Below, one piece after another: positions 20,899-30,030 of a stretch of 64,000 nucleotides of DNA; position 1 is the stretch's first letter, and each line of letters opens with the position of its first letter. Source of the DNA: Candidatus Dadabacteria bacterium (GTDB taxonomy: Bacteria; Desulfobacterota_D; UBA1144; Nemesobacterales; CSP1-2); assembly GCA_963805855.1 (NCBI GenBank), contig CAWDVW010000007.1, positions 663,605-727,604 on the forward strand, written 5' to 3'. A program made the translations under genes and the position numbers. A model generated the notes under the pieces. That model made no database searches and was not told where the DNA came from. It saw only the letters and a program-made list of their open reading frames with translations.

Positions 20899-21831
20899 AT
20901 GCGTGTAATAGTGGCAAAGCCTAGGGGATTCTGCGCGGGGGTAGATCGCGCAATCGAAATCGTGGAGCAGGCACTTGGTATATACGGCCCTCCCATATAC
21001 GTGCGTCATGCAATAGTCCATAACAATAGGGTGGTAGAGTCTCTTAAAGAAAAAGGAGTTAGGTTTGTCGAAGAACTCGACGAGATTGAGGACAAGGACG
21101 CGCGAGTCATATTTAGCGCTCACGGTGTTAGTCCTTCCGTATTAAAGTATGCAAAGGAAAGAAGCCTGGAAGTAGTTGACGCAGTCTGTCCATTAGTGAC
21201 AAAAGTACACAATGAAGTAAGGCACTATGCGGACTTGGGATACACGATCATCCTGATCGGTCATAGAAATCATGTGGAAATTATTGGAACAAGCGGTGAG
21301 GCCCCTGACAAAGTTGTAGTTGTTGAGTCATTAGAAGAAGCAGAAGACCTTTCGGTACCTGATCCTGAGAAAGTTGCTTATGTCACACAAACGACATTGA
21401 GTGTAGATGACACGAAGGATATCGTTGAAGCACTAAAGCGAAAGTTTCCCTATATAATAAGTCCGTCCAAACTTGACATATGTTACGCAACTCAGAATAG
21501 ACAGGACGCCGTAAAGGAGCTTTCAAAACTCGCCGATGTAATTTTCATTATGGGTTCTCCCGAGAGCTCCAATTCCAATCGACTCGTCGAAGTAGCAAAG
21601 TCAGCTGGCGTCAAAACAGCATATTTGATCGAAGGGGCAAATAATCTTAAACACGAAATGTTTCGAGATGATATGGTTGTTGGTCTAAGCTCAGGAGCTT
21701 CAACCCCTGAAACGGTTGTCCAGGAGGTCATCGAACGTTTGGTGGAATTTGGGGCCGATAGTATTAGAGAACTTGATGGGAAGGAAGAAAATACAAGATT
21801 CCCTTTTCTAGATTTATTGGAACTCAACTGA
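20899..21831 (+). CDS. ispH: 4-hydroxy-3-methylbut-2-enyl diphosphate reductase
   Basis: PRGFCAGV, IVHN, SAHG, CPLVTKVH, ICYATQNRQ and SSNS. Confidence 0.98.
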   Translation: MRVIVAKPRGFCAGVDRAIEIVEQALGIYGPPIYVRHAIVHNNRVVESLKEKGVRFVEELDEIEDKDARVIFSAHGVSPSVLKYAKERSLEVVDAVCPLVTKVHNEVRHYADLGYTIILIGHRNHVEIIGTSGEAPDKVVVVESLEEAEDLSVPDPEKVAYVTQTTLSVDDTKDIVEALKRKFPYIISPSKLDICYATQNRQDAVKELSKLADVIFIMGSPESSNSNRLVEVAKSAGVKTAYLIEGANNLKHEMFRDDMVVGLSSGASTPETVVQEVIERLVEFGADSIRELDGKEENTRFPFLDLLELN

Positions 21832-22098
21832 CCCTTTATAGCTCTAAGAAACAATGGTTAGATAAATCACACCTTGTAAAAATAACTATCCCCAACACAT
21901 CCTATTCATAACGGCTCTCGTTTATGTCTTTCAACTTGTCTTGTACTTTTAACCTAAAATTACTGGCGTGAATGCGGTCTCGAGAATTTTAAGGATATGT
22001 GGTTAACTTCATTCGATGCTTAAAAGGATAAGGAATGAGAAAAACCTCCAAAGGGTTACGTTACCTGATCTACAATGTGTTGACTGGAAAAGAATTTT

Positions 22099-22134
22099 GT
22101 TAATATACTTATATAGTTAATATACTTATATAGT
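22099..22134. repeat. 17-bp tandem duplication in a promoter region
   Basis: GTTAATATACTTATATA x2 plus GT. Confidence 0.85.
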
Positions 22135-22183
22135 AGGTTGTTGTTAACGTATTTAATTAAATCGTGTATCTATATAAAATACA

Positions 22184-22555
22184 ATGAAAACGGTAATAAG
22201 TATTTCACTCGTAATGATTTCCGCTCTTCTTATGGGAACGCCGGTGCGTTCCGAAGAGGGCTATTCATCTAATCTACGAGTTATTTTAGAGCCTACATTT
22301 CATTGCGCAGCAGATCACCTGCATATTCCCGGAAAGGTTGAAAATAATTCGGATAAAGCCGTGGGTAAGGTAAGAGTGCAAGGTAGAGCATATGATGAAA
22401 ATGGAAACATTATTTCGTCAACTACTTCATGGGTCGTGACCGACAGCATTTTACCGGGAAAGTCGGCCCGGTTTGATCTGGAATTCCTTGATATAACGGG
22501 TCCAACCCACGATAAGGTGAAGAGTTATGACGTAAAGGTCATTGAAGTTCAATAG
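22184..22555 (+). CDS. Secreted FxLYD-like Ig-fold protein
   Basis: Signal peptide; GKVENNS...AYDENGNII...ILPGKSARF pattern. Confidence 0.7.
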   Translation: MKTVISISLVMISALLMGTPVRSEEGYSSNLRVILEPTFHCAADHLHIPGKVENNSDKAVGKVRVQGRAYDENGNIISSTTSWVVTDSILPGKSARFDLEFLDITGPTHDKVKSYDVKVIEVQ

Positions 22556-22879
22556 TATTCTGTCCTTTAAAATCATTTTTCGAAAGAGGGAATCTTCGTT
22601 AAAATATTTCTGATTATAATCCCCTCATTAAATATTTACATAATACTACCGCTCTCCGAGAACCGCACCAGTTTGAAATTGCGCACATTGGGTGACTGCA
22701 CCAGCAAACTAGTAAATCACCTAAATCTTAGAATCTGACTAGATTACTAGTCTTATCGACTTGTCGCAAATTTAAAGAAAATGTGAAGAAATGAAATTAA
22801 GGCTAAAGTTATTGTTAAGCAAAAATGCTTAATAAATTGTGTAGCAAAATCATGTCATGCATTCTAAAAGAAAACTAAA

Positions 22880-23716
22880 ATGAAAAAAATAAGAATCGCA
22901 GCGATCCAAATGTGCTCGAAACAGGATCGTAATAGGAATCTAGAATCCGCTTTAACACTTATGAAGCAAGCCGTGACAGATGGCGCTGAACTAATTGCGT
23001 TACCCGAGAATTTCTCGTTTATAGGTAGTGAGTCGGAGAAGATTAAAATGGGCGAGGATTATAACAATGGGCCCAGCGTCAATTTTCTTAAGAAATTCGC
23101 GACGGAGCATGGCGTAGCATTGGTAGGCGGCAGTATTCCCTTAAAGACATCCTCTAAGTCGAAGGTTACAAATACGTGCATAGTGTTTGATTCGAGCGGT
23201 CGCGCCGTAGGTCGCTACGACAAGTTACATCTTTTTGACGTCTCCCTGAATGATGAGAACACATTCAGAGAATCGAAATATATAAAACCTGGCAACAGTG
23301 CAGCCACAGTTCAATTGTTTGGACACATCATGGGCCTCAGTATCTGCTATGACCTGAGGTTTCCAGAACTTTATCGTGCTCTGGCGTTACGGGGTGCAGA
23401 AATCTTATTCGTACCGTCCGCATTCACCCTTTATACGGGAAAGGACCACTGGGAAAGCCTTCTACGTGCCCGCGCCATAGAAAATCAGTCTTATGTTGTT
23501 GCCCCAGCTCAATATGGTAAACACGGCTCCAGCCGAATATCTTATGGTAGAACAATGATCATAGATCCTTGGGGACAGATTTTATCACAATGCCAGGACA
23601 AAGAAGATTTAATTACTTGCGACATAGATTTTGATTTCTTGGATGATATTAGAAAAAGGCTCCCATGCCTTGAGCATATACGCAGAGAAATGTTTGTTTC
23701 CCCTCAGAAAGGTTAA
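22880..23716 (+). CDS. Carbon-nitrogen hydrolase (Nit1/deaminated glutathione amidase-like)
   Basis: Catalytic triad motifs LPEN, YDKLHLFD and ICYDLRFPE; LRARAIEN. Confidence 0.92.
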   Translation: MKKIRIAAIQMCSKQDRNRNLESALTLMKQAVTDGAELIALPENFSFIGSESEKIKMGEDYNNGPSVNFLKKFATEHGVALVGGSIPLKTSSKSKVTNTCIVFDSSGRAVGRYDKLHLFDVSLNDENTFRESKYIKPGNSAATVQLFGHIMGLSICYDLRFPELYRALALRGAEILFVPSAFTLYTGKDHWESLLRARAIENQSYVVAPAQYGKHGSSRISYGRTMIIDPWGQILSQCQDKEDLITCDIDFDFLDDIRKRLPCLEHIRREMFVSPQKG

Positions 23717-23909
23717 TAACAAAAACTATTAGCAGCTTTTTAGAACAATAGAAAATTTTGATTATATTCCAAGTCTAATTTTAAGCGTCTCACATCCGGC
23801 ATATGTATAGGGATAGGTTAATCCATCTTGACACTATCCCAGTGGTGAAGATATAGGGTTATAAAACCTTTAATTCAGGTCAATTGTGCTTATATTAAGA
23901 ATGTAGGAG

Positions 23910-24170
23910 GTGATAATGATGAGGAGATTAATGCTACATAAAAAGCGCTGTAACATTCCTCACATGGAGTATTTCTTCGACGAAATAACGGAAAAATTGA
24001 CCATCAGATGCCCAAACACCGATAATTTTGTTTATGTGGAAGCCGTCAGAAGAGCGCACAGCGAACATAGTCCTTTCGTTGATATTGTTTACTGTGAAGG
24101 CTGTGGGAATGTGATACAAGACGAAGAGGAACATCTGAACCGTATAAATAAAATTTACTATCACCACTGA
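23910..24170 (+). CDS. Small Cys/His-containing hypothetical protein (true start probably ATG 23916 or 23931)
   Basis: AGGAGG RBS; CPNT and CEGC motifs; followed by a terminator. Confidence 0.6.
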   Translation: MIMMRRLMLHKKRCNIPHMEYFFDEITEKLTIRCPNTDNFVYVEAVRRAHSEHSPFVDIVYCEGCGNVIQDEEEHLNRINKIYYHH

Positions 24171-24219
24171 CAATTATAGAATTATTCGCTGAGGGAAGTA
24201 AGACCAAGTGGGGGATTAG

Positions 24220-24252
24220 GCATTAGAGCTGAAAACTCTAATGCTTTTTTTT
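24220..24252 (+). terminator. Intrinsic terminator
   Basis: GCATTAGAG-N7-CTCTAATGC followed by T8. Confidence 0.85.
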
Positions 24253-24695
24253 ACCTCGGGGCGGAAAAACTCAAGATAAAAATCGCGGATTACCTTATTG
24301 GTGGATTTTACTAATCAACAATTGGTCAGGCGGTATATTATTTCTAAAATAAAAGGCCAGTTTTTCTGGCCTTTTGGGCAACCTCTCAGTTTTGAGGAGG
24401 TTCTTGCCGCTTTTAACCCCATATCCAATTATAATATAATGCTTCTTCAACCAATTTCCAGTCCTAAACAGTATTTTTTTATTAAATCAATTAAAACAAT
24501 TATCTCTCCATAGTTTTAAAACGATCGATTATCTACGATGTTATTCTTGAGTATCGAATTTGACTGAAAAAGCTCATATTCACGTAAGCTCCATAAGAAA
24601 ATTACATCCGAGTTTTTAGGAATCTTAAAATCCCATATTAATCACTCATAGGCTACAACTCCGCGTGGGTCGATACGGACGAAATTCATTCACCT

Positions 24696-25424
24696 CTACC
24701 AAACCCACGGGACAAGTTTGTAACCTACCCTAGACACGTACTCCAAATATCCGGGAAGTTCCTTTTGAAGGGTACTGTCCTCTAAGGCAGTCCGAATCGC
24801 AATCAAAATAATTGATAAAACTGCTGGAATAAAAGCCCAGGGTGAATCAAGTATCAAAGGAGTTCCCGCCCACATCACAGACCAGCCAAGATAGCCAGGA
24901 TGACGCACGATTCTATAGGGACCAGAGGTGACAACCTTATGACCCCGCTCAGTCTGTATCCGAACTAACTTTGAGAAATACTTATTTACCGCCATTGCCC
25001 AAAGAAACAATAAATCGCCAACAACAAACAGCATTATCCCTGCATAATGCCATCCAGGGCCGACCGATCCACCCCAGCCATAACGCTGATCAAACCCAGC
25101 AACAGCAAGAGTAGCTAAAATAAAAATTGTAGCGACCGAAATTAGTACTATATCCCACTTCTTGGCGCCCCTGTTGAGACGCAAACGTTCTTCAATGACT
25201 TCAGGATTTGTTTTTAGAAGTATAGCGAAGTTAAGACCAACACACGCAATCATGGTTATCATAAAGACCCAACCCGATTCCCAATCTAAACGACCGGCAC
25301 AACCAAACAACAGTCCACCGAGTAGCAGGAATGCAAGGAAAATCCAACTTAGGCTCTTGATTATCAACTTACCGTTTGGGATTTCGTTCCCACCAAGTTC
25401 GTCTTCAACCAGTTTCATGCCCAT
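24696..25424 (-). CDS. Isoprenylcysteine carboxylmethyltransferase family membrane protein
   Basis: HKVVTSGPYRIVRHPGY, RTALED and YKLVPWVW. Confidence 0.9.
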   Translation of the reverse strand: MGMKLVEDELGGNEIPNGKLIIKSLSWIFLAFLLLGGLLFGCAGRLDWESGWVFMITMIACVGLNFAILLKTNPEVIEERLRLNRGAKKWDIVLISVATIFILATLAVAGFDQRYGWGGSVGPGWHYAGIMLFVVGDLLFLWAMAVNKYFSKLVRIQTERGHKVVTSGPYRIVRHPGYLGWSVMWAGTPLILDSPWAFIPAVLSIILIAIRTALEDSTLQKELPGYLEYVSRVGYKLVPWVW

Positions 25425-26330
25425 TACATTAAAATCAACACCCTACCTCCACCGGAACAAAATTACCCTCTTCCATATTCTAGATTTTCAAAAAATTAGA
25501 TTTATAAAACCCCTACGACGGAATATAGAATATGTTAATCAACGATCGAGGCTTCCCGTGTAGTACTATTTATTTGAAAAAAGACGGCATAACCCACGAT
25601 CGATAAATAATATTCCTTCGTTATCGTATCAAACAAATATCGGTATAGCAATTATTTCTTTATCATCGTTTTTAGCGTAGAAAAAGCGACATAGGCTAGT
25701 ATCGTCGGTAGTAACGACTAAAATCAATCTATCAAAACGTATCATGGGCTTTTTTAGTGGTATGTGTGAGCATCCAATTTAGAGTTCTAGGGATTTACCG
25801 CCTCTTAATGTCATCCACCCAATCCTTCATAAATAACGATTGACATGCGATCACCGAACTCGGGAACAGGCTTTAATAAAATTCGATTTTCTTAATTTCG
25901 AAACTATATGTCCTCGTCGTCCTTTTCGTCGAATCTTGATTTTAGTACATCCGAAGGTATTTTAATTGGCACAGGCAAATGGAAATATTGGCTCCCTTTT
26001 TTTTCTGTTTTTGCGTTATAGCTTTTGTATTGGCCCTTGTGCTTAATGCCAGGTAGACGTTTTCATATGACCTACTTACCGTCGTGTTGAGTAACATAAA
26101 ATAGTCAGGGTTCTCAGAGCTTCATTAGAATATCAAAGTATAAACTGAATTGCCTTCTTGAAGACTTATTGGTTTGCAAGAATCTAATTGTAGTGGACTT
26201 AATGGAAATAAACTATAATGGTTATTGGGATAGGTAACTAGCTTTTTTTATAATTAAATCTTCAAACGTGAAACTATTTTCGCAAAACGAAATTAATATA
26301 TATAAAAATGAAATTTGGAGGTAGGCGAAT

Positions 26331-26618
26331 ATGAAGAGATTATTCACTATCCTGATAGTTAGTTTCTTCCTGACGCTCTCAATTCCGCGATTCGGCTTTG
26401 CGGATCATTTTTCATTTTCTAATGGTAGTCAATGGGCTTTCAGTACAAGTCCGACAACAATTCACTATAGTCTCAACCACGGCCACTACATAATACAGCA
26501 AAATGGCAATCGTCTCTTCGTACACAAATTAAATCAGGGACATCAGAGACATCATTTCCAAAACAATCATTTCAATAATCTTCATAACCGGAGACTTCGT
26601 TTTTTCAATAATCGCTAA
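26331..26618 (+). CDS. Small secreted His/Asn/Gln-rich protein
   Basis: GGAGG RBS; signal peptide ending FGFA; low-complexity H/N/Q/F tail. Confidence 0.65.
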   Translation: MKRLFTILIVSFFLTLSIPRFGFADHFSFSNGSQWAFSTSPTTIHYSLNHGHYIIQQNGNRLFVHKLNQGHQRHHFQNNHFNNLHNRRLRFFNNR

Positions 26619-26640
26619 ATCTGTTACATAAGTTGCAGGC

Positions 26641-26677
26641 ATGACACTCAAGCCGGTGTCGTCCACCCTCTTTTTTT
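26641..26677 (+). terminator. Probable intrinsic terminator
   Basis: ATGACAC/GTGTCGT stem with a T7 tract shortly downstream. Confidence 0.45.
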
Positions 26678-26817
26678 GACGCTCCATTTGTAAAACTGGA
26701 GGTTATTAGGTACACTGAAGACTTAAAGTCTATAAAAGTTGTCGGCTTCGTAGGTAAATAGTTTCTTCTTCTAGGGTAACCGGCATTACTCTCCGAACAA
26801 AAAGAAGACTTATTTTT

Positions 26818-26886
26818 CCTTCCTTGGACGAATAACTGAAAAGACAAAAAAAATATAAATGTCCAGTTATTGGACCAAGTTGGAGG
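26818..26886 (+). promoter_or_regulatory. 5'-UTR hairpin sequestering the Shine-Dalgarno of the DEAD-box helicase
   Basis: CCTTC/GGAGG, CTTGG/CCAAG, AATAACTG/CAGTTATT and GACA/TGTC arms in register. Confidence 0.6.
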
Positions 26887-26892
26887 TTTAAG

Positions 26893-28032
26893 TTGAAGTT
26901 TGAAAATTTTTGTTTATCAGAAAGAGTTGCTAAGGCAATAAGGGAAATTGGACTAATCACTCCCACCCCTATTCAGCAGGAATCAATTCCGCAGCTTCTA
27001 AGTGGGAGGGATTTAATAGGTCAGGCTCAGACCGGCACGGGCAAAACATTTGCCTTTGCGATACCGATTGTGGAAAAGATCAATCCTTCCGAAAAGGGAG
27101 TTCAGGCAATAGTGCTAACTCCGACCAGAGAGCTGGCCCTTCAGGTCGCAAAAGAATTTGAAAAAATAGGAAAGCATAAGAAGACATATGTAATTCCGGT
27201 TTATGGTGGTCAGCCTATAGGTAAACAGCTGGCTCAGCTCAGAAAAGGGGTTCATATCGTGGTGGGAACTCCCGGGAGGGTTATTGATCATATAAGGCGT
27301 GGTACGCTAAAACTCAAGTCCCTGCGTTTTGCTGTATTGGACGAAGCTGACCGGATGCTCGATATGGGATTTATCGACGACATGAAGTTTATCCTTGCTC
27401 AAATCCCAAAAAACTGTCAGAGAATGATGTTCTCGGCGACAATTCCTACAGAGATCTCTTGGCTGGCAAAACGCTATATGAAGGACCCCGTAGAAGTAAT
27501 GATTTCCGAAGATACGCCTACGGTTCCCCAAACCAGTCATAAGTTTTATGTTGTTACGGAGTTCGATAAATTTAATGTCCTTTGTAAATTGATTGATTCG
27601 GAATTGAATGGGTTACTTCTTGTATTCCGTAAGACTAAGACAGGTGTCGATGATCTGGCGACTGCCCTTAACAGAAGGGGTTATAAGGTTCGTGGTCTTC
27701 ACGGGGATTATTCTCAAAGAGAGCGAGAGAAGGTTATGAGGCTCTTTAGAAAAGGACAGGTTGATATTCTAATTGCCACCGATGTCGCTGCAAGAGGGCT
27801 TGACGTTAGCGGTATTACTCATGTAATCAACTACGATATTCCCCAGGATCCCGACAGCTATATTCACAGAATTGGGAGAACCGGTAGAGCTGGCAAAGAA
27901 GGAATGGCCATCACGTTTATTACTCACTGGCAATATACCGAGTTAAAAAGAATACAGGCCTTTTCCAAGGTCAAGATTGAGAGGGCAAACACCCCAATTG
28001 TTGCAGACTATGATCGAGTTGCTAGAGCTTAA
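26893..28032 (+). CDS. DEAD-box RNA helicase (core only, TTG start)
   Basis: Q motif, AQTGTGKT, PTRELA, TPGR, DEAD, SAT and HRIGRTGR. Confidence 0.96.
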   Translation: MKFENFCLSERVAKAIREIGLITPTPIQQESIPQLLSGRDLIGQAQTGTGKTFAFAIPIVEKINPSEKGVQAIVLTPTRELALQVAKEFEKIGKHKKTYVIPVYGGQPIGKQLAQLRKGVHIVVGTPGRVIDHIRRGTLKLKSLRFAVLDEADRMLDMGFIDDMKFILAQIPKNCQRMMFSATIPTEISWLAKRYMKDPVEVMISEDTPTVPQTSHKFYVVTEFDKFNVLCKLIDSELNGLLLVFRKTKTGVDDLATALNRRGYKVRGLHGDYSQREREKVMRLFRKGQVDILIATDVAARGLDVSGITHVINYDIPQDPDSYIHRIGRTGRAGKEGMAITFITHWQYTELKRIQAFSKVKIERANTPIVADYDRVARA

Positions 28033-28171
28033 GGGTCCAAGGCAATTGAAATAGGTTAGAATTTTGATTGGGCGTTGCGTGAATAATATCGTGACAGCGA
28101 AAGTAAATTTAAGGTTATGTGTTTAAAGATTAAAAATTCCAAAACGGTTGCACTTTTTTAACACGAACAGG

Positions 28172-28972
28172 TTATGGCCAGGTGTCCATGATGGCATCGA
28201 TCCAATCGGCAGAGCTGCGGAATTCCGCTTTCTGCTCAATATGGATAAACTTTCCGCTATATTCCGACGCAGTTGTGTAACATGCTGCATTTGCTGCTAC
28301 ACCGTTGAGAAGACGCCCCTGAACGTTTGTGCTGCCGCCCAGTTTACATGACGGGCTATCGCCCGGCACCGTGACCACCCATCCTGGGTTATAAAACGCT
28401 AGATTTGACTGAAGCTGAAGGATCTTATCCCCTGATACAGGAGAAAGTGATGGTCCATGGGTCAAATAGACATCCACACCCCCGCAACTTGATGGCCCCA
28501 TACCATGAAATTGTATCGCAACAAAATTTACTCCACCAGCCGAATTGTAGTAACTTAATAACTCCTGTTCTGCTGGCTGAAAAAAGTTAGCAACGTTGTG
28601 TGCGACGTCTGATTTGGGAAACGAGGACTGGCAAGTGCTAATTTCGCTATTTGCATCGGGGTGAGTTCCAGCCATTAAGAAACTTCTCGAGTCGGTCTCT
28701 TTAAAAACCCCAATACCTTCATCAATAGTTGCAATGTCTGCGATCGGATGGGGTATCTGTATGCTAAGTTCTCGACTGGAACTGAGATTAGTGATGAAGG
28801 TGCCCCACCCTTTATCAACTATGCCGTCGCCATCTCGGTCCTTGATCTCCATGAGCACGCAGTAATCTTTGCTGTTGTCCGTATCGTGGAATGTGCCGAC
28901 CGAATAGACATTTCGGAGACCTCTGGGAAGTCTGATCTTGCTGCAATTACCACCAAGCATCTGACTTACGAC
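28172..28972 (-). pseudogene. 5'-truncated hypothetical (Cys-containing, probably secreted) gene
   Basis: Reading frame stays open upstream of ATG 28960 (VVSQML) into the dehydrogenase break; no signal peptide or clear RBS. Confidence 0.5.
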
Positions 28973-29523
28973 ACTGCACCAAATCCCTGAACAGCGAAAC
29001 GAGCATCTTCTAATTTTAGCTTGCAGAATTCTAGGGCTACCTCAGTGGAATGCATCAGACCCCAGCCGGTCGCACCTATTTCATCAAGCGGTATACCACC
29101 CATCTCACGGGGCAAGCCTACGGCTCTCCCGATCTCGTCTTTGACCCATGCCATGCATTCTTCGTCTGTCCCCATATCTGGTCCGAATATGTATTCTTCA
29201 TCATTGCGCAGTGCCTTTGCAAAACAGCGTATGAGCCGTTCTTTCTCGGGCTTTGGCATATTCGGATCTCCAAACATTACCGATTTGCCGCCCCCGTGAC
29301 GGAGATCTGCAGCGGCATTCTTCAAGGTCATCGCCCGCGCCAGACGGTAACACTCCTCGGTGCTTACATCAGGGGCGAAGCGTAACCCACCGATTGAAGG
29401 CCCCCTGGCAACGTTGTCGACAACCAAGATCGCCTTCAATTGAATCGATGGCTCATACACATGGATGATCTTCAGCGGCCCTATATCATCGGCATATCGG
29501 AATACGTCTTTCCCGATAGTCAT
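28966..29523 (-). pseudogene. Glu/Leu/Phe/Val dehydrogenase truncated in the NAD-binding domain
   Basis: GPSIGGLRF, LARAMTLK, GGGKSV and GPDMGT; ends at VQGFGAVS* after 185 aa, roughly half length. Confidence 0.85.
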
Positions 29524-29564
29524 CTCAAGTTATCCCTTTTCACAAACCTTACATACTTTTGCGT

Positions 29565-29581
29565 TGCAAAGCGCATGCCAA
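29565..29581 (-). promoter_or_regulatory. Sigma54 (-24/-12) promoter of the dehydrogenase
   Basis: Minus strand TTGGCATGCGCTTTGCA fits TGGCA-N6-TTGC, about 40 nt upstream of the ATG. Confidence 0.75.
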
Positions 29582-30030
29582 TGTAAAAGCAAATCATCTA
29601 AACAACTTCAGTGTATTAGGAACTACTCAGGGTTTAAGCAGGATATGAAATGTACGATAATCAGACAACAAAACTGTAAGTGGGGATTATTTACATTTTC
29701 AAATAGATGGGGAAGCTCTATTCAACTTAGGTTTTGACTCCCCGTTTTAACCAGTTGATCTACTCTGAGCCCCAAAAGTTTTAACGCCATTCTTAGACAA
29801 CCCGACAATTTTTTCATAAAAGCTTTAATCACAGTCGGATTGAAGGATTTTGGGGTCATGCTAAAATGAGCTTATCCAGATTTAGTGGGCTTAATAAAAT
29901 TCCTCGATATTTACACTGGAAGGAATTTGAGTTTAGGCACAATTATAGAAGTGAGGTATATTTATCCATTCTTGCCTAATAATTTCAAAGATTATCCATA
30001 ATTCTAGTCATCGCCGTTTTAATTAATACC

